Assembly (NCBI GenBank): GCA_903835075.1
Contig: CAILLM010000003.1
Coordinates: 1,002-65,001 of the forward strand
Source of the DNA: Candidatus Staskawiczbacteria bacterium
Lineage (GTDB): Bacteria > Patescibacteriota > Minisyncoccia > Minisyncoccales > Staskawiczbacteraceae
Direction of reading: 5' to 3'
Length of the DNA: 64,000 nucleotides
Position 1 is the first letter of the stretch. Each line of letters starts with the position of its first letter. The notes under the pieces are model-generated. The model had not been told where the DNA came from, ran no database searches, and worked only from the letters and a program-made list of their open reading frames with translations. The position numbers and the translations under genes are program-made. Shown here in pieces: positions 29,656 through 40,152 of the stretch.

Positions 29656-30399
29656 ATGAAACCTCGCATCGCATTCTTTTCGGCGATAATCGCCATGCTT
29701 ATTTCTTTGGCTAGCGCCGCAAGCGTTGTGCTTTCTGGGGTGCCCGCGTATCTAGAACCAAAGGGGTGTGCATCCTCTGCAATTCTTTCCATCCTCGGAT
29801 ACTACGACTTCAGATACGGTGCCACTGGACTGCTTCCAGGCATTGCCGTGGCCGACATCTATTTGACCAGTAATGTCACCGTACCACTTCAAAACATTGC
29901 ACTGGCCTGTAATACTGACGTCTCGGGCAACACAGATACGGGCAACATCGGCCCAGGCCTAGTAAATTATGCAGCCACGGTTGGATATAATTTCCAGGTC
30001 AGCATGTCTGGTAATGTTGTGCCTAGTAACCCCCATGGAAGCCAAATATCGGTAACTACTGCCTATGACATGGTTGCAACGGCTATTACCAATAATCAAC
30101 CAGTCTTACTACGAGTTGACTCAAATGCCGATGGCGTAGCAGACCATCTTGTTCCTGTGTTTGGTTATGACCCTAATTACCAAGAACTAGGCAAATCTTT
30201 CGCCTTCTACACCGGTAATAATGAATCGGAAACCGTCATTTCTTGGTTGCCATTCCAAGCCATTAGCGTTGGTGTAAGCTACGGGGTATCAAATGTGGCT
30301 ATCGTTATTCCCCCCACCTTCGTGCCCGAACCCTCGTCAGCTATTATCGTTCTCTTTCTTGGTACGTTGATGGCTTTTCGTCATAAACGCACCGCCTAA
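29656..30399 (+). CDS. Secreted C39-like (papain-fold) protein with PEP-CTERM sorting signal
   Basis: Signal peptide; GC..A..SILGYY; PV...HLV..GY; C-terminal VPEPSS + TM + RHKR. Confidence 0.75.
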   Translation: MKPRIAFFSAIIAMLISLASAASVVLSGVPAYLEPKGCASSAILSILGYYDFRYGATGLLPGIAVADIYLTSNVTVPLQNIALACNTDVSGNTDTGNIGPGLVNYAATVGYNFQVSMSGNVVPSNPHGSQISVTTAYDMVATAITNNQPVLLRVDSNADGVADHLVPVFGYDPNYQELGKSFAFYTGNNESETVISWLPFQAISVGVSYGVSNVAIVIPPTFVPEPSSAIIVLFLGTLMAFRHKRTA

Positions 30400-30421
30400 A
30401 TGCCCTCAGGCAAGCAATCTT

Positions 30422-30457
30422 TCCCGAACTTACCACTATTTGTTCGGGACTTTTTTT
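30422..30457 (+). terminator. Terminator after PEP-CTERM gene
   Basis: tcccgaac...gttcggga-cttttttt. Confidence 0.7.
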
Positions 30458-30519
30458 ACATAGAAACTAATAACCCTATAACTCCTGATTTCTAAAACTA
30501 AAAATCAAAAGCTATAGGG

Positions 30520-30885
30520 TTATTTGGCCGTCTTTTTTATCAAAACTTCAAGTAAATTTTTAGTTTGAGCAGTAGCATCATCTTTAGTTTGAGCAGTAGT
30601 AAATCCTTCCCAGCACTTGAATATTTCCTTATCATTAAGAGCCCTTACTGCAGTTTCCAAAGAAAGTCTTGTCTCAAAATCAACTTCTTTTCCTGAAAGC
30701 AAAACATTTTGCTCAAACATATTTCTAAAGTCTACAACCTTTTGATTTACTTGATGCTGTGAATATGCCTGGTTATTTTTTGCTATAGTGCACACCAAAA
30801 AAATGTTAAGTGCAATAGAAAAAGCAGCTAGAAATGACAATGCAATAATAAAGAACGTTGTTTTTTTTATTGTAATTATATTCAT
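30520..30885 (-). CDS. Hypothetical membrane-anchored protein
   Basis: N-terminal TM helix, helical C-terminus. Confidence 0.7.
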   Translation of the reverse strand: MNIITIKKTTFFIIALSFLAAFSIALNIFLVCTIAKNNQAYSQHQVNQKVVDFRNMFEQNVLLSGKEVDFETRLSLETAVRALNDKEIFKCWEGFTTAQTKDDATAQTKNLLEVLIKKTAK

Positions 30886-30905
30886 AAATATTATTTAATA
30901 TTATT

Positions 30906-33900
30906 TTATTTTCGACCTTTTTTTACAATTATTAAAACCACCATTACGCTCAACAGAATAACTATCACCAAGAAAACTATCATTATTTTCAAATTCCAAC
31001 TAAACCATGCAGGAAGAATGCTCTTTTTTTGTAATTCAACATCCATGTGGATCCCATTTCCACTTTGCACAACAAACGAACTGCTCTTATACTGGTAATA
31101 ATTTGGGGTATCAATGGTTAAGTAGTAAGTACCTTGAGGCACCAAGAAAGAGTATTTCCCTGTTTCATCTGTCACAATAGGATTTTTTTGCAAAAACTTC
31201 TCAGCTGGCCATAATTCATATTTATTTGTGCTTATATTGAGCTGATAAATAGAAACTGTTGCGTTTGGAACACGGGCTTGCATGCCAGAAATATTTTGGT
31301 AAATATATCCTTCGGGGTCAACAACCATTGTAAGGTGAGTTGTGGTAGGAACAGTTTTTTGATCTTTGTATTCTATAATAGTAATAACGTCATATTGCCC
31401 AGAAACAACGGGTGCATTAAACTCTACCTTAAATAACCCTGGCTTAACCTCCTGATAATCTGACTTTTGAATAAGCACGCCATCTGTTGGAACATTTTCT
31501 GATGTGGCAACAGCATTAGAAGCAGACAACGCTGCCCCAAAATAACCTGCCGAAAAACTGCTATTTTTCAACACCTGTGCACTTTGTGGGCTCTTTAACG
31601 TTATAATCTGTGTAACTCTGCTAGCAGGCTGTTCGGGCTTTATTACTAATTGCATTTGTATACCCGAGACTGTTGAAACCACTTGGCTTGCACCGCCCTG
31701 TTTATCTATTGAAAGGGCAGAAACAAAATCAATTAATCCTTGGGAAGCACTAGCAAAAACAACGTTACTTGGAATTTTAGCAAGTTTTGCAGGGGTAAGT
31801 TGTTCTACTGGTATTGCTTGATTTTGGGCAAGCGGGCTTAGTTGTAAAATTTCTGAAGGGGTAAATAATGTTTTGGTCAAACCAGGCAAATACAATTCTG
31901 TTTGAGCTAATTTGCTTATATCAGCAGGTTTTTTAATGTCTATTGATAAACTTTCAAGCGCTTTTTTAAGTTGAGGAATTTTATTTGAGAAAAATCTTAT
32001 GTCTGATGCAATTGGAGTTAATTCAAAGCCAGCAAGCGGGTTAACACTCATAAAATCTAAACCCTGAAGCGCAAGCGGAGTTGTTTTTGGAATTGCAACC
32101 TCTTTTTTGTTTGAAACAAAATTGCTAATTTCTTTGGCTACATTACTAATTTGTTTTACCACTGCTTCGGGAATATTTTGCAATTGCTGAATTATTGGGT
32201 TTTTTGAAATAACTGAAACAATGGTTGTCCCGCCAGGTGGTACTGGGCCACCTCCACAATTTACGCAATCAGAAGGACAAGTACCACAAGATTCATTTCC
32301 ATTACAAATTCCATCACCACAAGTTACTGCTGGAGGCGTTATTATTGCTGTTGCTGAACAATTAACGGTATCGCCACCATTTGACCCAGCGCAAGACCAT
32401 GCCCAAGGGCCAGTTCCAGATACGGTTGTAGGCGTTCCAGTTATACATAAGCCACCAGTTGGCGCCAAAACAAAACTTACACCATCAGACAAACCACATA
32501 CACCGTTAATTGGAACTTGTACGTCTTCGCCTCCACCATTTGTACCATTTGTGACAGTATTGCAACTAGCGTCTGTTCCACCGTTAGGACTTGTGCAACC
32601 CCATGACCATGGGCCAATGCCAGAAACTGTTGTTGGCGAGCCCTGCAAGCAAAGATTTTCTGTAGGAATAGTAGAAGGACTTTGGCCATCAGCCGAGCCA
32701 CACACACCATCGACTAAACCCGTAACATGATTACTACAAACTCCATCTATACATTGCAATTGCCCGTCGCAATCATTAATACTACCGCACTCAGCCCCTT
32801 CTGCACCATTAGTACACTTATTTATTGTGCTACACCAATTTGATAAACATTGTGAATCTGAAATGCAATACCCCCCATTTCCCATCAAGGTTGGTGATGT
32901 ACACTGATTTGTGTCCCAAGTTTGTCCGCTTGGGCAAGTAATTGTTCCACCATTATTAGATACTATTCCATTAATTATAAGCCCACCACTTAAATCAAGC
33001 GTTGCGTTGCTTTCCACCGTTACATCTCCATTTAGAGTGCCCGAGCCATTAACTGTGCCACCGGCAATATAAAAACCGATTCCTCCATCAATGTTGGTAA
33101 TTGTTGCTGGGCCGTTAATGGTTATGCTAGCGGTATATGCATCCGAACCATTATAAATACCATACCCACTGCTATTATTGTTTACAGTTCCACTAATGCT
33201 ATTAATGGATGACAAGTATCCATTAACTATTCCAGAACCCCAACTATTATTGTCAACAACTCCGCTGATATTATCAATTATGGCGTTATTCTCGTTCCTA
33301 ATTCCTTCATAACCGGAATTGTTAGTAATTATTCCGCTTATATCAGTAATGGTGCCGTAGTTAGTAATGCCAGTTCCTCCACCATTAGTCATAGTTCCAC
33401 TAATATCGCCGATAATACCTTCGTTCCAGAGCCCACTAAAGTAGGTATTATTAATCGTCGCGCTGATATTGGTTATTGCCGCACCAGGTGCAACGTAAAC
33501 CCCCATACTGCCAGCACCAGTACTATCAATTGTAATGTTTTGTATGGTAGCCTCTGCTCCGTAGGAAATATAAATTCCACTTTCTCCTGGAGTACTGCCA
33601 GAATTTTCAATAGAGTAAGTGTTTCTTCCATCTATAATTACACCAGTTACACCCGTGTCAACAGTAATGCAATTCCCGCTAGATGCCGTAAGGCTCTGCG
33701 TTAAATTATATGTTCCGCTTGAAACTATTGTTCCGCAAGAATCTACATTTATAGAACCGCCTTGTGCATCAAAACTTGGTAAAGAACAATAACCATCTAC
33801 ACAACTACCACTCACACAATCGCTGGGATCACCACACCCTGAGCCCGCAACCCCCTTGGATTCGCTACAAGCATTGCTTACACAGTAAGGATAATTATTG

Positions 33901-36900
33901 CCATCGCAATCCGAATAATAAAGGCAATATGCGCTATCACCACCACAAACACCGTTTATCCCACAACTAAACTGCCCATTACAACCATTATTAGCCCAAC
34001 AATCTTGCCCTGCATTGCCAGACGTGCAATAACCGTATGGGCTACATTGACCAGAAATACAGGTTTCATTAAGGTTACAACTGTCTCCGTCAGAAATAAG
34101 TGCTTGACAGAAACCTCCATTCCAGTATTTACCAGATCCGCAAATTACTGTTCCATTGTTACTGAATGATGATGAAAAACTCGGTGGACCATAGCTTACA
34201 CCGGTCATATCAATTGTTCCATAATTATATACAGAGCTTTGGTATAAACCACCATAAATGTAGTTATAATTTGCATCAACAGTTACTGTGCTATAAAAAT
34301 TTCCTGCATGGATTTCACCCATGCTAAGCTCTACTGGAGAATAGAAATATCCACCTGAAATCATTGCACCCGAGTTTAATACAACCGGAACATTAAATGT
34401 TCCTCCAGACACGTTTGTACCTTGGAAAGAAAGTGACCCGTTGCCATCAATTTGCCATGCGCCAGACCCAAAATTATATCCATAAGGAACCGTCACATAA
34501 GCGTTACCAAGGTGCACCGTTGAGCCATCAGGAGGAACTATATGGTTATCCCAATTTAATTGATCATCCCAATAAGTGCCGTTTCCCTGCCCAGTCCAAG
34601 TGAAAGAAGATGGCATACAGACACTATTTACGCAAGCTAAAAATCCTTCACACTCTGTGCTCGTGTTGCACGTTGCCCCCATTCCTCCGCAGGTATTATA
34701 AGGGGCGCCTGGGTCACGGTATGCAGAACAATTATTATTAGCACAATACATTCCGCTGTTATAGCCACCAGGACATGAAGCACCTACACCTCCACAAATA
34801 GTTTGACATTCACCACCCAAACCACCATCATAAGCATTTGTAGCACACTGAATACTTGTCGTACAACTTGCGCCATTATTTAAAAGTTGAGAACACTGGC
34901 TTCCGTCAAAATACTGACCATAATCACAAGAAGACACCGTACACTGATTTGTATTCCAAGACTTGCCACTTGGGCAAAGGTAGCCCCCACTATAATCTGT
35001 GACTGTTGCGCCAAGCATGTCTGGTGGACCATAACTTGTCCCGATTGCATCAATTGTTCCATAGTTATCTACGGTGCTGGTATAAGTTCCACCATAAATA
35101 TATGCACCAACTTCATTCAATACACTTACCGGGTACATACCATATTGGATTACGCCATAATTGTCTATTCCAATTCCGCCACCCGTGTTTGTCAGGGCTC
35201 CACTGATGTTTGCAATGGTGCCCATGTTGTTAATACCAAAACCAGCACCATTATTGTTAAAAGTCCCGCTGATATCGGTGATTATTCCGCCATTATTTTC
35301 TATGCCAGAAGCACCGTCGCTATTATTATCATTAACTACTCCACTAATATTGGTGATTGTTCCATAATTTAAAATCCCTGCACCAGAAGTACTAATTGTG
35401 AAAGTTCCGGTAATATCAGTTATAGTGCCATTATTAACAATTCCATACCCACTTGTATTATTGATTGTTACATTATCCAAAACAACTCCTCCGAAGTTGT
35501 CGTTTTTATTTGTATAACCATAAGGAATAACTGGACTATTTAGTGAATTTGAATCAATCATAATACTTGCACCCTCTGGTGGCAAGCCCAACGTCCCTCC
35601 TTCCGCCCAATTTTGGGAATCTGTCCAATTATCGCTGTTTCCGCCAACCCAGTGGAAAGTTGGAGCTGCTGCAGGGCATTGTTTTGCGTTCGGGTCCCAT
35701 GTCCCATTGTCAGGACAAATAATTGTCCCACTATTATTTACCGTAGCACCAGTTAAATCTGGCGGAGTCCCATCTGTATAGTCTATAGTTCCGTAGTTCG
35801 TTACAGTTCCTGCAAATGTACCACCTGTTATTGTGCCGCTATTTAGCACTAGAAAAGTAAAATTTCCACCGGTTATTGTACCACCATTTCCGCTATTTCC
35901 AACTGGTCCGTTAAATGTTCCACCAGTTATTGTACCACCATTACTGATATAATAACCACCGTTAAATGTTCCACCATTTATTGAAAAACTATTATTAAAA
36001 ATCATGATTGCCGACCCGCTATCCATGGTTACAGTACCCATGTTCATAGATCCACTAAAATTTATTACGGGATCAGCCATATTGCCAGTATCTGGAATAT
36101 AAATATCTGAACCATCTGGTGGCACAGCACCATCTTGCCAGTTAGCATCGGTGTTCCAGTCTCCGCCGTTATTCCCGCCAACCCAATAATAAATTGGGTC
36201 AACAATGTAATCAAAATCAACACTACCCGTAACCTTCAAATCAAATTTGTCAGTTGGTGTTTGTAGGTTTGTTAAAAAAACTTTATAGGTGTTGGCAGTT
36301 GTAATGCTATCAAAAGTAGCAACAATTGAGCCTTCTGTTGTATTACCATCTGCATCTGTATAAACCGGATAAACTTCTATTTTTGCAGGGCTATTTAGAT
36401 TTGTAGCCCTTGCATAAATAGTGTTATCATTTTTATTGTTTAGTGGGCTATCAAAAGTTACCCTAACAGATTGTCCGTTAGTTATTGTGGTGTAATTATT
36501 ATCTTGAGTTTTAACTGTGTCATAAATATCAGCTAAAATTGATTGGTCTGTATCAAGCTGAAATGCCTTAGAAATAAAAATGATATTAAAAATTTGTTCG
36601 GACAAATGGGGGACCGTCCATTCAACGTAATCTAAATAACCATCACTATTTGTGTCATAAGCGCTAAATACTACTTCTTGATTGCCTTGATTTTCCCATT
36701 TAATTTTAATTTTATCTTCTTGTCCTACCTTAAATATTTTTGGAATTTTTGTAGAAGCTAAAATATCCGTAAGCGGAGCTTGCGGATCTTCATTAGTGGC
36801 AGAAACTGTTACTTGTTGACCGGTGTTGGTAGTCTCTGAAACAATTTGTGGAGCAGGGGTATCATATTCAACAGCTATGTAGTCTGACAATGGCTCAGCT

Positions 36901-37697
36901 GGCAATGTTGGAGAAACTTCAGGGGTTGGCGCATCTGAATTTCGTTGTGAAGTAGCTTCAGTTGAGGATGGAGTTTCTATTGAAGTTGTTGGGACATCGG
37001 GTGTTACCGGCGAATCTTGAGTTTGTGCAACTTCAGAAGTTACTGGTGCTGTCGTCTGGCTACCGTCAGAAAGATTAACATATGTAGCATCTAAAGTAGA
37101 AATTGTACCTTGCCCAGCAGAACCATCAACAATTGATTGGACTACATCTGCCACGGGTGCTATATTTGCCACAGCATCACCTAAATCAGCAAACATATAT
37201 TTAAACGCACCTCCAATACTAGCCAAAGCAGTACTACATCCTTTTACAAAAACATTTTTAGAAATTTTCAATGGAGTTGCAGATAACTGCTGTTTCTGAA
37301 CCAATGATAGTTGTTGGGCTGTTTTCCTTGTAGATATATTTTTTGCTTGCTCTGCACTTACCGTTGTTAGCCTTATGTTTTGTGCCCCTCGTGGCAACTG
37401 CGCCAAAAATTTACCACTTATAATTTGACTTTTAGGAATCAATGTCACCCACTTAGCTGGTTGGCCGGCAACAATTTGTTCTTGTTTTATAGTAGAACCT
37501 TTTACAACCTTATTTGCAGGTATTTTTGGAAACAAAATAGCAGAACTAACCCCCAAAACTAAAAACAAAAATACAACTGAAACGCAAGACCAAATAATTA
37601 TATTTTTCTTTCTTTGTTTTTTTGCCAATTTTTTTCCTTCGTATGCGACAATAAGCTCTGGTGGAAAAACTATTTTTTTCTCTTTAGCGCCTGCCAT
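30906..37697 (-). CDS. Giant (2263 aa) modular surface protein with N- and C-terminal TM helices
   Basis: Shared N-terminal module, GGTF/N.G beta-helix repeats, Cys-rich repeats, carboxypeptidase-regulatory-like domain after DPEGYIY. Confidence 0.85.
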   Translation of the reverse strand: MAGAKEKKIVFPPELIVAYEGKKLAKKQRKKNIIIWSCVSVVFLFLVLGVSSAILFPKIPANKVVKGSTIKQEQIVAGQPAKWVTLIPKSQIISGKFLAQLPRGAQNIRLTTVSAEQAKNISTRKTAQQLSLVQKQQLSATPLKISKNVFVKGCSTALASIGGAFKYMFADLGDAVANIAPVADVVQSIVDGSAGQGTISTLDATYVNLSDGSQTTAPVTSEVAQTQDSPVTPDVPTTSIETPSSTEATSQRNSDAPTPEVSPTLPAEPLSDYIAVEYDTPAPQIVSETTNTGQQVTVSATNEDPQAPLTDILASTKIPKIFKVGQEDKIKIKWENQGNQEVVFSAYDTNSDGYLDYVEWTVPHLSEQIFNIIFISKAFQLDTDQSILADIYDTVKTQDNNYTTITNGQSVRVTFDSPLNNKNDNTIYARATNLNSPAKIEVYPVYTDADGNTTEGSIVATFDSITTANTYKVFLTNLQTPTDKFDLKVTGSVDFDYIVDPIYYWVGGNNGGDWNTDANWQDGAVPPDGSDIYIPDTGNMADPVINFSGSMNMGTVTMDSGSAIMIFNNSFSINGGTFNGGYYISNGGTITGGTFNGPVGNSGNGGTITGGNFTFLVLNSGTITGGTFAGTVTNYGTIDYTDGTPPDLTGATVNNSGTIICPDNGTWDPNAKQCPAAAPTFHWVGGNSDNWTDSQNWAEGGTLGLPPEGASIMIDSNSLNSPVIPYGYTNKNDNFGGVVLDNVTINNTSGYGIVNNGTITDITGTFTISTSGAGILNYGTITNISGVVNDNNSDGASGIENNGGIITDISGTFNNNGAGFGINNMGTIANISGALTNTGGGIGIDNYGVIQYGMYPVSVLNEVGAYIYGGTYTSTVDNYGTIDAIGTSYGPPDMLGATVTDYSGGYLCPSGKSWNTNQCTVSSCDYGQYFDGSQCSQLLNNGASCTTSIQCATNAYDGGLGGECQTICGGVGASCPGGYNSGMYCANNNCSAYRDPGAPYNTCGGMGATCNTSTECEGFLACVNSVCMPSSFTWTGQGNGTYWDDQLNWDNHIVPPDGSTVHLGNAYVTVPYGYNFGSGAWQIDGNGSLSFQGTNVSGGTFNVPVVLNSGAMISGGYFYSPVELSMGEIHAGNFYSTVTVDANYNYIYGGLYQSSVYNYGTIDMTGVSYGPPSFSSSFSNNGTVICGSGKYWNGGFCQALISDGDSCNLNETCISGQCSPYGYCTSGNAGQDCWANNGCNGQFSCGINGVCGGDSAYCLYYSDCDGNNYPYCVSNACSESKGVAGSGCGDPSDCVSGSCVDGYCSLPSFDAQGGSINVDSCGTIVSSGTYNLTQSLTASSGNCITVDTGVTGVIIDGRNTYSIENSGSTPGESGIYISYGAEATIQNITIDSTGAGSMGVYVAPGAAITNISATINNTYFSGLWNEGIIGDISGTMTNGGGTGITNYGTITDISGIITNNSGYEGIRNENNAIIDNISGVVDNNSWGSGIVNGYLSSINSISGTVNNNSSGYGIYNGSDAYTASITINGPATITNIDGGIGFYIAGGTVNGSGTLNGDVTVESNATLDLSGGLIINGIVSNNGGTITCPSGQTWDTNQCTSPTLMGNGGYCISDSQCLSNWCSTINKCTNGAEGAECGSINDCDGQLQCIDGVCSNHVTGLVDGVCGSADGQSPSTIPTENLCLQGSPTTVSGIGPWSWGCTSPNGGTDASCNTVTNGTNGGGEDVQVPINGVCGLSDGVSFVLAPTGGLCITGTPTTVSGTGPWAWSCAGSNGGDTVNCSATAIITPPAVTCGDGICNGNESCGTCPSDCVNCGGGPVPPGGTTIVSVISKNPIIQQLQNIPEAVVKQISNVAKEISNFVSNKKEVAIPKTTPLALQGLDFMSVNPLAGFELTPIASDIRFFSNKIPQLKKALESLSIDIKKPADISKLAQTELYLPGLTKTLFTPSEILQLSPLAQNQAIPVEQLTPAKLAKIPSNVVFASASQGLIDFVSALSIDKQGGASQVVSTVSGIQMQLVIKPEQPASRVTQIITLKSPQSAQVLKNSSFSAGYFGAALSASNAVATSENVPTDGVLIQKSDYQEVKPGLFKVEFNAPVVSGQYDVITIIEYKDQKTVPTTTHLTMVVDPEGYIYQNISGMQARVPNATVSIYQLNISTNKYELWPAEKFLQKNPIVTDETGKYSFLVPQGTYYLTIDTPNYYQYKSSSFVVQSGNGIHMDVELQKKSILPAWFSWNLKIMIVFLVIVILLSVMVVLIIVKKGRK

Positions 37698-37794
37698 AAA
37701 TTAGAGAGTTTTTTAAAAAATGTATGCGTTAGTATATTATATAATAATTTCTAGACAACAACAATGCACAAAAAAATGCTAAAACTGTGGATAA

Positions 37795-39138
37795 CTAAAC
37801 CCTTTTTGCGTCTCTGAAAAAATTATAAGCCACTAAGCAAAATAAAATAAATATAAGTACTGTATTCCAATTAATAAGTGCCGATAGATCAAACTCTTTT
37901 TTAAGCGCTATATTGGCATGTATTTCCTTGCCTTCAGCCACGCTAAAAGCGTCTCCTTGAAAAAAGTAATAATTTGGAACTGAAACAGTAATATAATATG
38001 TTCCGGCAGGCACCAAGAAAGCATAATTTCCGGTTGTGTCAGTTATCTGAGGGTTTTCTTGACCAAATTCGCCAGCACTCCATAACTCATATTTATCATT
38101 ATTAAATCTGTACAGAGAAACTACAGCATTATTTATACGAAGTTCTTTATCACCGGATTTCTCATAAATATATCCTTCGGGATCAATCAATGTAGTAAAT
38201 TTAATATCTTTTTTATTCTCAACTGCACCGCCATAATCTATTGAAGATACAACCTCATATTCCCCTTTTGCCACAGGGGCCTTTATGTCAGCAGTATAAA
38301 TACCATCTTTGTCATCATCATTATAATTAAAATTCAAAACCGTGAATTGTTGGTCTAATTCTGAAGTTATTTTCGTACTATTCTTAACAATATGACTAGA
38401 AGTAATATCAGAACCACTCAATGCTGAAAGTGCCATATTAAAAGATGGAATATATCTACCTGTAAAAGCAACTTTTGGATTATATGATTTAAAAATTATA
38501 TATCCAGAAACTGCTTTTGCCCGAGCTTTTGGTTTCAAAATTAAATGCATTGACTCTCCTGGAAAAACATTGATTTTTTGAGCTACAACATCGCTATTTG
38601 AAAAATCTAATTTGATTAAAGCATCTATTTTTCTGTTAGCCAACTGAACAAAAACTATTTCTGTTGGTATTTTATTGTCTCCAATTTTTTTAAGTCCTGG
38701 CAAAAAAATATTGTAATTATTAAGGCTTGCCACATCTTCTGCGTTGCTAATGTTTAACTTAGAAAGTATTGCCCCAAAATCAGGAATTTTTTGTGTTAAA
38801 TCAGCAACGGCAAGCGGTAAAAAACTTATAATTGATGGCTGACTTCCCTGCTCTGGCTGTGTTGCCTGTGGGACAGTGTTATTTGATGGAGTTGTATTTG
38901 TATTAATAGGTGGTTTTTTCTCAGGAGTGACTACTGTGTTGCCTACTACTGGCAATATTCTACCGCCAGCACTGCCGCTGCTACTACCGGTTGGCTGGTC
39001 TGTTTGGCTGTCAGACACAAAAACACTCACATTAGAAATTTTTGCAGTAAAAAAACTACTAGCAAATGGTACAAAAACTAAAATAAGAGATACTATAAGT
39101 GCCAACCCCAATATTTTACCTTGTATTTTTTCAACCAT
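37795..39138 (-). CDS. Surface protein paralogous to the C-terminal ~450 aa of the giant protein
   Basis: LPGL, P..IVF, DPEGYIY...NA.VS.Y...YELW...NP..TD.TG.Y.FLVP.GTYY in both. Confidence 0.8.
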   Translation of the reverse strand: MVEKIQGKILGLALIVSLILVFVPFASSFFTAKISNVSVFVSDSQTDQPTGSSSGSAGGRILPVVGNTVVTPEKKPPINTNTTPSNNTVPQATQPEQGSQPSIISFLPLAVADLTQKIPDFGAILSKLNISNAEDVASLNNYNIFLPGLKKIGDNKIPTEIVFVQLANRKIDALIKLDFSNSDVVAQKINVFPGESMHLILKPKARAKAVSGYIIFKSYNPKVAFTGRYIPSFNMALSALSGSDITSSHIVKNSTKITSELDQQFTVLNFNYNDDDKDGIYTADIKAPVAKGEYEVVSSIDYGGAVENKKDIKFTTLIDPEGYIYEKSGDKELRINNAVVSLYRFNNDKYELWSAGEFGQENPQITDTTGNYAFLVPAGTYYITVSVPNYYFFQGDAFSVAEGKEIHANIALKKEFDLSALINWNTVLIFILFCLVAYNFFRDAKRV

Positions 39139-39141
39139 TTT

Positions 39142-40125
39142 TTATTTATGAATTTTTAATTTTTTAACTTCTGGCTCGCCAGGCTCGCTACTGTCAGAGC
39201 TTTTGCCCTGATTTTTCTTCTTACGCAAAATTAAAATAATAATTATCACCAATACTACAATTATTATCACAGCTCCAACTAACACATAAACCCAAAAAGG
39301 AATTGCTGAAAAGTTAGGCATTGAAAATGCAAATCCTTTGTTTTTGGCCACTGCTGACGGACTTACCACGTTAAAAACTAACCTACTATCCACTGCAACC
39401 TTGTCGTCACTATAAATTTTAACATCAGCCCAGTAAGAACCAACGTCTAAATTATTGGGAAACTCTACTGAGATATCTTTTGTTTGGAATGATTGAACTT
39501 TTTCTGCAACACTTAATTCTTGCTGACCTAATTGTTTGTTGTGGTATTGGTCAAAAAAAGTTAACCCAACTTTTGTGGGCCCGTTTTCAGTATTCCCGCT
39601 ATTCTTAACTTTAATTACAAACTTAATAGGAGAACCTTTTGCTGTATCGGGAATTTGAAAGTTTTGTATTGAAAAATCAGAAACCTTAATGTCAGTAATA
39701 TCTAAATTAATAGCTACTTCTGCACCAAGTGTTACTTGAACGCCTCCGGGGTTTCCATTTGCAGGCGAAGTATTTACTGTAATTGTTCCTTTATAATTGC
39801 CAAGTGGGGCGCTTGAGGGGACATTGACATCCACTTTCATTGGAAACTGCTGAGTTCCTTTTGGAATATCAAAAGTATTGCCGTTTTCTATTTTTATCCA
39901 GTTACTAATTGTCCCTGCGTCAATTTTAACTGTTGCATGAAGCGTTTGGTCGGGTTTACTTTGAACTAAATAAACATCTTGCTCGTAAAAAGAACCTGGA
40001 ACCAAATTTTTATTTGAAACAGATGGTGGGGAAACGCCAAAACCAGCTTTTGCAACACCATTTTGCAAAAAGAAAAGCGCAAAACTTAAAAATAAAAACA
40101 CTAACGCTTTCTTTTTATAATTCAT
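39142..40125 (-). CDS. Exported two-Ig-domain protein with C-terminal TM anchor (DUF916/chaperone-like)
   Basis: Signal peptide, GFGVSPP start, VKNSGN, TM + RKKK. Confidence 0.65.
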   Translation of the reverse strand: MNYKKKALVFLFLSFALFFLQNGVAKAGFGVSPPSVSNKNLVPGSFYEQDVYLVQSKPDQTLHATVKIDAGTISNWIKIENGNTFDIPKGTQQFPMKVDVNVPSSAPLGNYKGTITVNTSPANGNPGGVQVTLGAEVAINLDITDIKVSDFSIQNFQIPDTAKGSPIKFVIKVKNSGNTENGPTKVGLTFFDQYHNKQLGQQELSVAEKVQSFQTKDISVEFPNNLDVGSYWADVKIYSDDKVAVDSRLVFNVVSPSAVAKNKGFAFSMPNFSAIPFWVYVLVGAVIIIVVLVIIIILILRKKKNQGKSSDSSEPGEPEVKKLKIHK

Positions 40126-40152
40126 AGAATATTATTTATTTATATTAAATTA

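Noticed and set aside
37786..37794. DnaA-box match TGTGGATAA
   Set aside because: Single box with no cluster or dnaA context; insufficient for an origin call.
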